From contig NW_014577078.1 of the NCBI RefSeq assembly GCF_000485595.1, forward strand, positions 1,252,977 to 1,316,976: a DNA stretch of 64,000 bases. Reading direction: 5' to 3'. The stretch comes from Priapulus caudatus. Lineage: Eukaryota. The translations under genes were made by a program, and so were the position numbers. Below, in pieces: positions 12,631-24,900 of the stretch; within the stretch, counting starts at the first letter, position 1; every line of letters begins with the position of its first letter. Below the pieces are notes generated by a model that ran no database searches, was not told the DNA's origin, and worked only from the letters and a program-made list of their open reading frames with translations.

Positions 12631-12966
12631 CGAAATGAGAGCGAGAACAGCAGTGCCGCGCTCCACCTGTATCGTGTGTATGATGTCTTTGAGATTGAAC
12701 GTGGACATGATACGCTGATGTAGGAGCTCTGTGTGTTGCATGGCATCGTTAATGATCGGGAGGATGAAAGCATTCTGCATGATCAGTACGGCGAGCGGGA
12801 TGATCGTTAGCATAATAAGCATGCTCGTTGCCGTGTATCTGCCCGCTTGCGTCCCCATGTCGCACCAGACACGACGGTTAGTTGTGAGCTCAGTCTTCGT
12901 ACCATGACCAGGGGTCTCTTCGACCCACGCGTCCAACACACTAGCTGGACGTCGCGATGCCATCAT
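12631..12966 (-). CDS. NIT-domain receptor (probable NIT guanylate cyclase), coding exon 1: cytosolic N-terminus, TM helix, start of NIT domain
   Basis: ATG start, donor TCG|gtaggt; 336 nt; hydrophobic SMLIMLTIIPLAVLIMQNAFI followed by IIHTIQVERG, matching the NIT LVH.LQ.ERG motif. Confidence 0.88.
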
Positions 12967-13377
12967 GGTTCCGTAACGATAGTGAGATATATCACATCAG
13001 TATCAGTCAGAAATTTTGAACGGCTGCTCCAATGGCGTCACGCTGGCTGCCATAATATCGAGCTCCTAGAAGAGACGTAGTGCGTATATACAGAGCCATT
13101 ATCAACCGTCAGCGGCGTGATATAAAATAACACGAAAACGAAAATATGGCATTAACAATATTTTAACAATACGCGAAGTTGTTTTAGTCCAGAGCCGCAC
13201 TGAACTGTAGACTATGGTTTGTTAATGAAAAGCTGGATGAATCTACCCTGGTGACTCTTTTAGTTGGAGGAAACAACCCATACTTCCAACCCAGTCATGG
13301 CCCAGAGAATCACGCACGCAAATACTGCGCTGATAAAGCGTGTTGTTACATTGCGATTTTTCCTTGCCTCTCGTATA

Positions 13378-13836
13378 AAGCTGGGTTTATACTCTATGGA
13401 AAAGTTGACGAGATTATAAACTTTTCAACGTTCTATATCAACCAAATGGTCAAAGTTTTTACGTTATCGACCGCGAGTCGGCAAACGTTTCATCATTTGA
13501 CCCGTAGAGTCGCGCGGGCAACGTTGATGCGCATTTGTGCATGTATTAATTCGCGCCAGTGTGGCGCCGATAGCAAAAACGCGCTCTCCCTCTATCTGGC
13601 TGGAGGGACACACCTCCTGATTGCTATTATATCGGAGTGGCTGATTGGCAAAAGCTTGATCAACTAGTTGACCAAAAGTTGAGACAATAGAACATGCTCT
13701 AATCTCTCAACTAGTTGCTATCAGCTTGTTGAGCGCTCAAATTTTACGTGTACACTGCCGACTCTAGGTCGATTAGTTAAAAATTTGATCAACTCGTCAA
13801 CTTATCAACAGTAAGTTAATAGTGTAAACCCAGTTT
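13378..13836. mobile_element. TIR MITE upstream of the NIT gene
   Basis: aagctgggtttatact...aagttgacgag inverted against ctcgtcaactt...agtgtaaacccagttt. Confidence 0.6.
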
Positions 13837-14057
13837 AATATTAACCAACCAAAAACACAGGTTAATTTATTTATAGTATAAAATTACATCGGCTTCTCGC
13901 ATATATTGCATTTGCGAGTGCCGTCGAGGTTTTATAACGAAGAATATATATATATGCATGGTTTATATATATGAAACTCAGCAGCTAGCCATTCGTAATA
14001 TTCCCTAGCTTTAAGCTACCCCGAAATCCGTCAATGCCACATAAACCATGCATATAT

Positions 14058-14251
14058 CAGGGGTGTGTACAGGATTTGTACCAGGGGGGGGGGTCTAACC
14101 GTAACCCAAACTTGCGAGCACGCGAAGGGGGGGTCTGGGGGGCCTTCCACCCCAAATTTTTTTTTGAAATTTGATTCCTTTAGATGCGTTTTCTGCGCGA
14201 GCAGGGAGGGGGGGGGGGTCCGGACCCCCTGCCCCCCTCCTGTACACGCCC

Positions 14252-14253
<2 letters not shown>
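14058..14253. mobile_element. MITE of CAGGGGCG...CGCCCCTG family
   Basis: caggggtgtgtacagga / tcctgtacacgcccctg TIRs in TA-rich target; related copy at 30239-30417. Confidence 0.8.
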
Positions 14254-14299
<46 letters not shown>

Positions 14300-14320
14300 N
14301 NNNNNNNNNNNNNNNNNNNT

Positions 14321-15160
14321 AATTAATTATATCAGGAGTTAATAAAGACAAATTTGTCTTTATTAACTCCTGATATATATGTATGAAACTCAACAGCAAT
14401 TCATAATATTCCCTTTAAGCTGCCCCGAAATCAGACATTGCCATATAAACCAAGCAGAACCAAGGGCGATGAATTAATGTTAAGATAAAGTCAATAGATA
14501 ACAAATTAACCCTGACGGCTGTATACACACGGCGATGACGCAGACAATTAAACGCCTAAATTGCTTACAAGCATTTGCCTGTAGGTGCATCGTTACACAT
14601 CATGTGTAGTGCTGACTTGTATTGTTTGATGCGCCGGTAACACAACTTTGTTTATTAAAAATATCAGGTTATGCAGTGAGCTACATGCCTAGAGCATTTT
14701 ACACATTCGTTGATTTCATGGCATGCGGTCGATGACATCGGCTACTCAAAGTGCGACGAACCTCGAAACGCGTGAGAAAATATTTCGCGACTTAAGGAAG
14801 GAAATAAAACGAATAATTACTTCCGCATCAATGCTTGATTCTGGCAAGCAATTAGCTCGAGTGTCTTCGGGAGTAATACGCCTACGCACTGTGTATAGAG
14901 GTAACAGTCATATAAGAAATATATCAAGAGGTGATTATACATACCATTGACGTCTCACATATACCGGGTTATTCTCAAATATCATGAATCACGTAACGCA
15001 GTCACCACAGCAACATGCCTGCTCGTATATCCGCGCATGCACAGCGTGTGATACGTCCAAGGGGTTTCGTGTAGCAAAATCCGACCGAATCTGATAGGTG
15101 AGGAAAGCGCCGGTGTATTATATAGTGAGGGAACAATTTATGTGCTCGTCTCACGCGTCC
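14321..15160 (+). repeat. ~840 bp segment duplicated at 19041-19920
   Basis: Near-identical sequence with a few SNPs/indels; both copies start right after an N-gap. Confidence 0.92.
14333..14372. mobile_element. Hairpin micro-element (CAGGAG family); second copy at 19053-19092
   Basis: Perfect 40-bp palindrome caggagttaataaagacaaatttgtctttattaactcctg. Confidence 0.75.
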
Positions 15161-15851
15161 GTGCGTCTTCACCGTGCGTCTTCACAGAGTGTGACGACCA
15201 TATATTGTCGTCTCGCTTAATCATTTGCAGCTGCGATCCGGCAAGCAATCCTCCAATCGACCGGAATTGCAATTTACGGCATTACCTCCGTTCGATATAT
15301 AAATATATAAGCCATATATCCGTATTAGGGTTTTGCGGGGAATTACTTTTAATTGATCCGCACTCGCGACGAGTATGTCTCAGGTGGTGTGCTGGTAAAT
15401 GAAATACCTATCTGGACATAATTGCATAGGGCGCAATTAGGTGAATATATCGCCACCTGCGTCACATCGCGCGCAGAGATATCTCAACTGTTTGCGTATG
15501 AACTTCATCGTAAATTATTATGTAATCTCATCAAGATTAATTATTCGGGCGTAAGCTACCATGCCTAGGCATGTGCCATACGAATGCCGTATATGTAAGG
15601 TGACTCAGCTATAGATTCATCAAGAAAGCTGCATGAGCACGCGCCAAGGCATGCATCTCGTTATCGCAGCCATGCTAGTAGCAGTCGCATTATGTTAGAA
15701 TTAGCATTAGAATAGCAGTCGGTCGAGGTAGAATTTTCAGTGGCACAGTTTGTTGCTGTGTGGGTGTGGGCGTGGGTATACTCCAATAAAGATTCGTAGC
15801 ACCGCGTTTGATAACCCCTCGATCGCCCCCGCTCCTATGACCCCTCCCACG

Positions 15852-16375
15852 CACAGGCAATCCACGCCGGCCCGATCTATAGTCCTACGGGTCATTGGTC
15901 CTACGGGTCGTTAGTCCTACGATTAATAGTAAGAGGGGTAGAGAGTGAATGCAAATTGAACTGTTAATTTTTTTTTAATTTAATTTGGTTTATTAAATTT
16001 AAATTTAAATTTATTTATATTAAAATTTATATTATTTTAATATATTATCAAAAAAACAAAAACACGCGTGTGTGCCTGCGTGCACCAACAACCCGTTTTT
16101 TAATTTTTAAATTTTTTTATTTATATTAAAATTTACATTATTTTATTATATTATCACTGTGCAGAAACAGCAGAAATATAGAGAACTATACAGAACTCCA
16201 TATTTCTGCTTTTGTGCGCAGCGGCGCGCGTGCGGTGAGATTGTGTGTTGCAAAAGAGCATTTGAACGGCATTTACTAGTCGACAGAGAATATATAAACA
16301 TTGCGACTTTGGTAGTAAATACATTTCGTGTTTATTTACCATCATTTTATGATTGAAACGTTCCAAGTGCCTGTG
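15852..16375. mobile_element. Non-autonomous element with CACAGGCA...TGCCTGTG termini, 8-bp TSD (P/hAT-like)
   Basis: TSD ctcccacg / ctcacacg (1 mismatch); right end homologous to 58140-58224 and 60660-60950. Confidence 0.65.
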
Positions 16376-16689
16376 CTCACACGCACACAACCGGTCAAGG
16401 ATACGGACGTAAATAAAAGAAAATCTACCGATACAGATAAGTATGTGTCATATGGTAGATAAAGTGGGAGCAAGCAAGAATGTGCTATTTGCACCATTCT
16501 CATTGGATATGATTTTGACCATGAAAAAAAGCATTATAGGAAACGGTTTAGGCCGCAGTGAACGCTAGGTTTTATGAAATTGTTAAGGTACGACCACACT
16601 TGGTATACCATCATAGTGAAAGCAGAAACAGAATGGGTGGAAATGAACTGGGAAAGAGAGAGTGCACATGATAAATATGGTGGAGGGTA

Positions 16690-16773
16690 GGGAGAGAGAG
16701 AGAGAGAGAGAGAGAGACAGAAAGAGAGAGAGAGAGANNNNNNNNNNAGAGGGAGAGCGCGCGCGAGAGAGAG

Positions 16774-16814
<41 letters not shown>

Positions 16815-17105
16815 AAGAGAAAAAGAGACAGAGACAGAGGGGGGGGGATAGAGGGAGGGAGGGAGGAAGTGAGAGAGAAAGCGAACTGCGATCAATAACC
16901 CGCAACAGCTAGATTGAATGAACGAACAACCGACTGAAGCATACGCGCGCCCGCACGCACGCCCGCACGCACGCACGCACGCGCGTACTTACGCTCGCAC
17001 GTACGCGTACACACACACACACACACACACACATGCGCGCGGGCACACGCACGCATGCACGCATGCACGCACGCACGCACGCACGCAGGCACACATACAT
17101 ACATA
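16690..17105. repeat. (AG)n and (CA/CACG)n microsatellites
   Basis: Direct inspection. Confidence 0.92.
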
Positions 17106-18083
17106 TATATTCTCTAGCTTGTGAAGAGTTTACATGGGATGTAGGAGTCCACTTACAAATTTTTGAGATTAGCTTTATTTGTAGACGCACCTTCTTATTT
17201 TTTGAGCCCAGCGACTTGTTAATGATTTGCATACAACAACGTTGGCGCCGGAAGGGTTTCCCGGGTTATGGCCCTAGTCGTTAGACTTAAAAAGACGCGC
17301 GCCAAAAAAAATAGTTTGCGAAATACTACACCGATGTGTTAAGCCATGATTGTATACCGCAAACTGGTTATTCTCGATTCTATTGACACAACTCACCCGG
17401 ACTAGTTTAATGTGGAATAAATTTTGTAGTCTGTACGGGGTAAATATTAATCAACAATGGTTAATCAATTAATCAATCAATCAATAATCAATCAATCAAT
17501 CAATTAATCAATCAATTAATCAATCAATACTAATCAACATGGTTATATCCCTAACATCCTCCCCCTATATGCAAGTAGTACTTAGGCCAACCTAAACAAT
17601 TACGTACATTTCGTACGACAGATGAGGCGATATGTATCTGGAATATTTACACGTTTCTAACTGCGCCATCGGTGTGGTGCCACGCGTAGAACAAAGATCA
17701 ATGTTCTATGGTCAACTAAGCACTGTAGACAAGAAGCGTGTCAATCTTACAAACCATACACTAAGGTATCAACATCGTACAAAAAGCTGGTAGGCATAGG
17801 TGGCAGTCTAACATGGTCGTACTCTAAATGGAGTGACAGGTTGAAGTTTGCTGTTGATATGCGCGCCTCGATAGTTCATAGAACCTTCCTAAGCAGATAA
17901 ACAAACCCGTAACGCTTACTTAGCAGTACGCACGACTCACTTTACTTAGCGCGTTTTCTTATAAATAGGTTCTTATACATACATAATTACATACATTCAT
18001 TCATTCGCGCGTACTTCCGACCGTGCGCCGATCCTTACAATTATTTCTTCCAAGCTGTGACGCCACGATACTTATCCGGAAAC

Positions 18084-18119
18084 ATGAAAAACAAATCCGA
18101 CGATCTCAACAAGCAGAAG
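18084..18119 (+). CDS. KCTD-type BTB protein, coding exon 1
   Basis: aacATG, MKNKSDDLNKQK, donor AAG|gtatgt, phase 0 matches exon 2. Confidence 0.65.
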
Positions 18120-18437
18120 GTATGTCGAAGCGTAATGCGACCATTCTACAGCGGGTGATGCTCCTACTTGTCTGCTGGCGGAATGGGAAAATTATCATTA
18201 TTGTTCTTTTTAATTAAATTCATGATTGGGTTTGCGTAGTGATTATAGAGAGGGTCTAGTGTGCGTTTGTCTGTAATGTATCGAGGCTATTATATTTTAA
18301 AGTAATTATTGATTAAAATAATAAAATCCAATGTAGGAAGATGATTTGTGCATACAAGCTACCATGATTATACCGTAATACAAGGAAAAATGGCAGGCAT
18401 TTAAAAAAAACGTTCGTTCTTTTATTGACATCGCTAG

Positions 18438-18589
18438 CTGCCAAGTGTAGTGGATCTGAACGTCGGTGGCAAACTGTACACGACACGGTTATGCACTCTT
18501 CGACGCTATCCGGATTCGTTGCTGGCCGCCATGTTTTCAGGAAAATATCGACTAGATCATGACGAGGCGTACCGCATCTTCATAGACAG
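18438..18589 (+). CDS. KCTD-type BTB/POZ (T1 tetramerisation) protein, coding exon 2
   Basis: LPSVVDLNVGGKLYTTRLCTLRRYPDSLLAAMFSGKYRLDHDEAYRIFIDR: canonical LNVGG..YTT...TL...PDS.L..MFSG...FIDR motif; ctag acceptor, AG|gt donor, 152 nt. Confidence 0.95.
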
Positions 18590-20094
18590 GTGTTTTTTTT
18601 TATCAACATCAGCAGCAATTTGAATTAAACGTAGAAAATGGATTTTGACGTCAGCGGTTTATCGTACCGTTTTGATGACCGTACCTTACCGTACCGGATC
18701 GTACCGATTAATTTGCCAGCATAAATTTGCAGGCATAAATTTGCCGAATATTTCCAATAGAATGAGGTGTACATTTTCATTGGATGTGACTGAGCTAATG
18801 TTCTTTGTGTTTCTTACATACGCGCGCGCGCGTATGTACGTGTGTNNNNNNNNNNNNNNNNNNNNNNNNNNNNNNNNNNNNNNNNNNNNNNNNNNNNNNN
18901 NNNNNNNNNNNNNNNNNNNNNNNNNNNNNNNNNNNNNNNNNNNNNNNNNNNNNNNNNNNNNNNNNNNNNNNNNNNNNNNNNNNNNNNNNNNNNNNNNNNN
19001 NNNNNNNNNNNNNNNNNNNNNNNNNNNNNNNNNNNNATACAATTAATTATATCAGGAGTTAATATAGACAAATTTGTCTTTATTAACTCCTGATATCTAT
19101 AGTCCTATGTATAAAACTCAACAGCAATTCATAATATTCCCTTTAAGCTGCCCCGAAATCAGACATTGCCATATAAACCAAGCAGAACCAAGGACGGTGA
19201 ACTAATGTTAAGTCAATAGTCAATAGTTAAAGTCAATAGATAACAAGTTAACCCTGACGGCTGTATACACACGGCGATGACGCAGACAAACGCCTAAATT
19301 GCTTACAAGCATTTGCCTGTAGGTGCATCGTTACACATCATGTGTAGTGCTGACTTGTATTGTTTGATGCGCCGGTAACACAACTTTGCTTATTAAAAAG
19401 ATCAGGTTATGCAGTGAGCTACATGCCTAGAGCATTTTACACATTTGTTGATTTCATGGCATGCGGTCGATGACATCGGCTACTCAAAGTGCGACGAACC
19501 TCGAAACGCGTGAGAAAATGTTTCGCGACTTAACCCGGCGCGCACGACGCGTAGAGGAAGGAAATAAAACGAACAATTACTTCCGCATCAATGCTTGATT
19601 CTGGCAAGCAATTAGCTCGAGTGTCTTCGGGAGTAATACGCCTACGCCCTGTGTATAGAGGTAACAGTCATATAAGAAATATATCAAGAGGTGATTATAC
19701 ATACCATTGACGTCTCACATATACCGGGTTATTCTCAAATATCATGAATCACGTAACGCAGTCACCACAGCAACATGCCTGCTCGTATATCCGCGCATGC
19801 ACAGCGTGTGATACGTCCAAGGGGTTTCGTGTAGCAAAATCCGACCGAATCTGATAGGTGAGGAAAGCGCCGGTGTATTATATAGTGAGGGAACAATTTA
19901 TGTGCTCGTCTCACGCGTCCGGGTGCACGTACCGGTGTACGTCCGGGTTTATCGTACCGTTTTGATGACCGTACCTTACCGTACCGGACCGTACCGATTA
20001 ATTTGCCGAATATTTCCAATAGAATGAGGTGTACATTTTCATTGGATGTGACTGAGCTAATGTTCTTTGTTGTTCTTACATACGCGCGCGCGCG

Positions 20095-20126
<32 letters not shown>

Positions 20127-20260
20127 TGTGCGTGCGGGCGTGCGCGGCCTATGCGTGCGTGCGCTGCGTGCGTGTGTGCGTGCTAGTGGTTGATTTTGCC
20201 TAGTCATGCCATGTTATTGATTCCTGATGTAATTTCAATCTTTCTTTTTACGCGGAACAG

Positions 20261-20591
20261 GGACGGCGCGTATTTTCAGTACATTCTCAATTGGTTACGG
20301 GACGATGAACTGCCACCGGTAGGTGTCGCTGACGCGGTTCTCAAGGAAGCGCGATTTTACGGTTTGCAAGCGTTGGTGACAGGACTACAAAGCTATCCGC
20401 TCATGTATGCTGGAGTCGACGGTCTGCACAGTACCCTGTACGGCCAGATGCGACAGAGTCAAGCACGAGGATCTACAATGCAAAACTACGTGCTGATGCT
20501 GTCAGCAGCGTTGCTGGCCATATTGTTCTGTTTTGTCGGCTACGCAGTTTCTCAGGTCAAAGTTCACCTCAGCTCACTTTCAACACCGTGA
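20261..20591 (+). CDS. KCTD-type BTB protein, coding exon 3, with C-terminal hydrophobic helix
   Basis: Phase-2 acceptor aacag|G; DGAYFQYILNWLRDDELP...VLKEARFYGLQALV completes the BTB domain; YVLMLSAALLAILFCFVGYAVS precedes the TGA at 20589-20591. Confidence 0.93.
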
Positions 20592-21258
20592 ACTGAGCAA
20601 CAGCTGCCATATGTCAAAACATCAGTGTTTCCTCGGTGGTTAACCTCGTCATGTTTTGACAGTTCTATTTAGTATATCCTATACTTTACAACGAAGGAAC
20701 TTGTGGGACATTGACTGTGGGACATTGACCGGATCTGGCCTGGAGGTCAGCATTTTCCCGCGCTACTGCCAGCAGTAGCTATAAACCTAGCCCGACCAGG
20801 CTCTCCGACTGTTACACGCCACGTCGTACGCCAACGTAGTGTTCGTACGCAACGAAGCGAGAAGGGAACTTGTGGTTGTCTCGCACAGTCCTACAGCAAT
20901 TAAGGTCCGAAAGAAATAAACATATAAACAAAAGATTACATTTCGACGAATAACCTCCCATTGCTTTCTCGGTGAGAAATTATGCGAATTGTGTAGCAAC
21001 CTGAACATAATTCTAACAGAGCGACTGCGCATGCGCGGGTCCGGATAATTTTTCGACGGTTTTGTGCCTGGTGTATTAAGTTTTTATATATTTATTGTAT
21101 AAAATGTGGTAGGGTTTGGGTTAGAGTCAGAGCCAGGGTTAGGATAAGGCTTATGTCAGGACTAGAGTTATCGTTACATCAGTTGTGATTTATACCATAA
21201 CCATTAGTGTTGCTGTTTATTGCGGTTCAAAGCTACAATTATTAATCATTAATCATAT

Positions 21259-21289
21259 CAGGAGTGAATAATAATAATATTCACTCCTG
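21259..21289. mobile_element. Hairpin micro-element (CAGGAG family), 31 bp, 7-bp TSD
   Basis: atcatat|caggagtgaata...tattcactcctg|atcatat. Confidence 0.8.
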
Positions 21290-21721
21290 ATCATATGTAT
21301 AAAGCTATTTCCGAGTTACCGGAGCCGACGTCACACAAGCCACAACCGGAAGATAAAATGCGTACGTGTGCGCACTAAAGGGCCCCGCACACGGTGCATG
21401 AGGTTCGCGCCGGTAGGTTAATGCCCCAATGAAGAGGATTTTCCTCGTCATTGGTACGTTGTTTTCACAGACGAGCTCCGTTTCTAACATGGCTCTGATA
21501 AAATCGGCATAATTAAACCAAGGATTCGGCTAGATAAGTATGCTAATGATATAACAATTGTTCTTCGTGACATCGACAGTTTATCATTATAATCCTTCAT
21601 AATATATACGGATTTTTTTATATACAAAAAACGCAATTGTTCCTCATCAATGCTCTTAGTCGCCAATTTGCATATATTTAATTGGTATAAAAAGCTGATT
21701 TCTTCGATGTCGGTACTCAAT

Positions 21722-21964
21722 AGCCGCGTTCACACGGAGCGAAGGAACTCGGGTCGAAGACGACCCGTGACGAAAACGACACGGAGCGTTGTTGAAGAGA
21801 GCGTTCACACGACGCTATGCGAGCTGTGAGCTGAGAAAAAAAATACAATGCGTCCAAGCGAACAATTTCGTACCGAGAAAACGTCCGTGTGAACGCTCGT
21901 CCTGGGACGCATTTGACACGGGTCGTTTTCGACCCGAGTTCCTTCGCTCCGTGTGAACGCGGCT
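21722..21964. mobile_element. PIF/Harbinger-like (Tourist-type) MITE
   Basis: ~48 bp TIR agccgcgttcacacggagcgaaggaactcgggtcgaa; 3-bp TSD aat/aat. Confidence 0.85.
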
Positions 21965-24900
21965 AATAAGAGTGGAGTTAGTTTAATTAAAAGGCATTGC
22001 GTCACTACCGGAAGATGTGACAGACGTGCAAGCAGTTCGACTCCCAGAGAACCAGGCTACTGCCCAATGAGAGAATGTCCTATCACCACATCGGACAACG
22101 CGACCTCGTCAGTACCTCTACGAATAACTATTGCTGTCACTAATAAATCGGTGTGATAGTTGTTCGGTAACGGTAAGTAAATCGGTTGACCTAGTATAAA
22201 CAGGCACACCGCAACAACACGAGGAAGGCAAGCGAGTTGACTAGGAGTCAACGGCAGGAGGGTTCGGACTGTGAGATGGCGCCGACATGCAGCTATCCTG
22301 CCTGGCTGTTCCCTTGGTGTCATCAGGACATGGAGCTTGTACAATAAAGCGTAAGCTGTTTCTGAGCAAACTATTGGGCATGCAGATCGCATTATTGGTG
22401 CTGCGCATGGCAAAGTATGTGGTTACGAGTCAAAGACCAGTGAGGAAAAGAACAGAATTTCGACAAATATCTTGGAATATATGATTTGTAAATAACTTAT
22501 GCGTTTCAGTGCTGAGCTACCACTTTCACGACTTAAATGTATTAATATTGAAATGGCCATGCAATGTACTTTCCATTAATGTGCGAAGAACAGCTGGCCG
22601 GTAAACATATTTGACCCTTAGAGAGTACGTTACTAGAGCCCATATACCTGCGTGCCTACAGATTCAAGCTAGGCTAGCAAGATTTAAACTCCTTAAATAT
22701 TATTATTTGTGTAATATGCAGTCCGTACCTTGAATTCTGTAGATCATCAACACCAAGAGCGCATGAACACTAATGTAATTTGTAATGTAATGCAAATTGT
22801 AATGCAGATGTGTTTTCACAGCTGAGCAAGTGTGGGCTGGCAACCGCGAATCCGTAGCCAATTTTTCTGCTATCATAGTTGGTATTTTACAGAGTACACT
22901 ACACTATGGCTGAAGGGGTCGTTGTCGTATCAGGTACTAGTACTACAGATATGTACCCGAGGTACGTATATGTATACACAAGTGTACCAGACCTGTATCT
23001 TCTCAGCATATATGTACCCTGTGCTTACATAAACGTATATATTGCCCATGAGATGGAGATCGAATGAAGACGGTCATGGAGGAGGAAGTAGAGGCAGGAG
23101 GAGGAGGGGAGAAGTCAAATTGGAGAATCGTAAGAAAGGTCATGGAGAAAGTAGGGGGCAGGAGGAGGCAGGAGGAGGAGGAGAAGGAGGAGGAGGAGGA
23201 GGAGGAGGGAGACGTGTTAGGAAGTAGGGCGAGGTTTTATTAGTCGGACGGAGAGAGGATATAGGAGGAGAAGAGGGGAGAGGGTGAGCTATCTCGGATT
23301 TTCTCAGTAGCGTGTGGTGAGGAGGACGGGCCCTAGCGGAATAATATTATAATTTTTAAACCCAAAAAACAGTAATGAAAATAAGGTGAAGGAGGTATGG
23401 AGGCTCAGGAAAGAGAGGCTTGACACCGAAAGATATTAAACGGAAAGGCTATTGAGGGTATGAGGCCGTGAGGGTCACAGGAAAGGGAAAGGTAGGAGGG
23501 GAGACGTGAAGAGAATTTGGGTGGAGTAGGGGCGCAGTACGGAGGAGTGGAGAGTTAATCTGGGTTCTCGCTCCTCCATCCTCCCAAACAATGTACCCCC
23601 TAAACGCCGCTAAACCTGGCATATGACCCGTCTCCATTATCGCCATTCTCCATCACAAAATTTCTCTCGCTCCTTCTCTCACTGCAGCCCACTTCCGTGC
23701 ACAACCGCCTCCTCACCTCACTTCAGTTCGCTTCGCAATGTGCCATCATGGCGACCTTTACCTTCTATCCCTCCTCCTCCTCCTCAAGACATATCCTCCT
23801 GCCTCCAGTCCCCAAGGTATGGGAAAGAAAATGCGAGAGGCCGGCTAAGGAGGAGGCTGGATAAATGGTAAGGAGCATAAAGACCAGGATAAAGGAGGAG
23901 TGTCCAGAATACATGGACCGAGTAAAAAATTTCCTAAGACGGACGAAGGGTAATGGAGTATGCGAATGAAGGTCCAATGGAGAAAAGTAGGGGCAACGGG
24001 GCTAAAATCTCTATACCTCGGACAGAGAACGGTCATCCACGCGACAGGATGTAGGAGGAGAACCTGTAAGCGTACGAGGTACGAAATTACTGGGCTATGT
24101 GAAGAGGAGGAGGCGGCAAACGGATTAGAGGAGGATGTATGGAGGCATCTGATGAATAAGAATGAAAGCTATGGAGGAGTAAAAGAGCAGCATAAGAAGC
24201 AGTCAAATTTAAAGCTCTACATACCTAATAACCTAAAAAATTGGATAAGCTTTCAAAAGTTAGGAAATTTTTTTACCGTCGATCTTTTCATTTTCAAGCT
24301 TTATCGGATAACTCCTTTCTGCCATATGGACGGTACATGCTGAACTGTCAGAGAGGCGCGTTGGCTTGCAGCGAGGGCGTAGCATGTGTAAGGGAGAGGA
24401 GCGCGAGCGCTAGGGAGAACGTCACAAGAAGAAGAAAAAGGAGGGGAGAAGGTGAGTGGAGTAGGTGGAGGAAGAGGAAGGAGGGGCGTGATAGTATGCA
24501 CAGCGTGAGATACAAGAGCTGTATTACTGGGATGAGTATAAAAAGATAATTCGGAATGATAATGAAAAATCAGAGAGTACATTGGAGGACGGAGTTCTAG
24601 GCGCGGAAATGAGCGAGAGAAGAGGGACGAATGTAAATGAAGAGTTGATTTTTAGGCAGGAAGTAGAGGACGACGGTTTTAAAAATGAGTGAGACAAATA
24701 AGGAGGGAGTAAAAAAGAGGGGAGGAGGTGTCACGAGAAGGAGCTATGTGTTGGATGAGATTCTGAAATGAAGACGGTCATGAAGAGGAGTAGAGGAGAG
24801 GGTGTAATTTTAATGGGAAAAGTTTGTCTTTTTAATTCCGCGAAAAAATTTTAAAATCAACGTGCGGAGGGAACTTAGGAGGAGGTGGGTGGTGAAGTTT

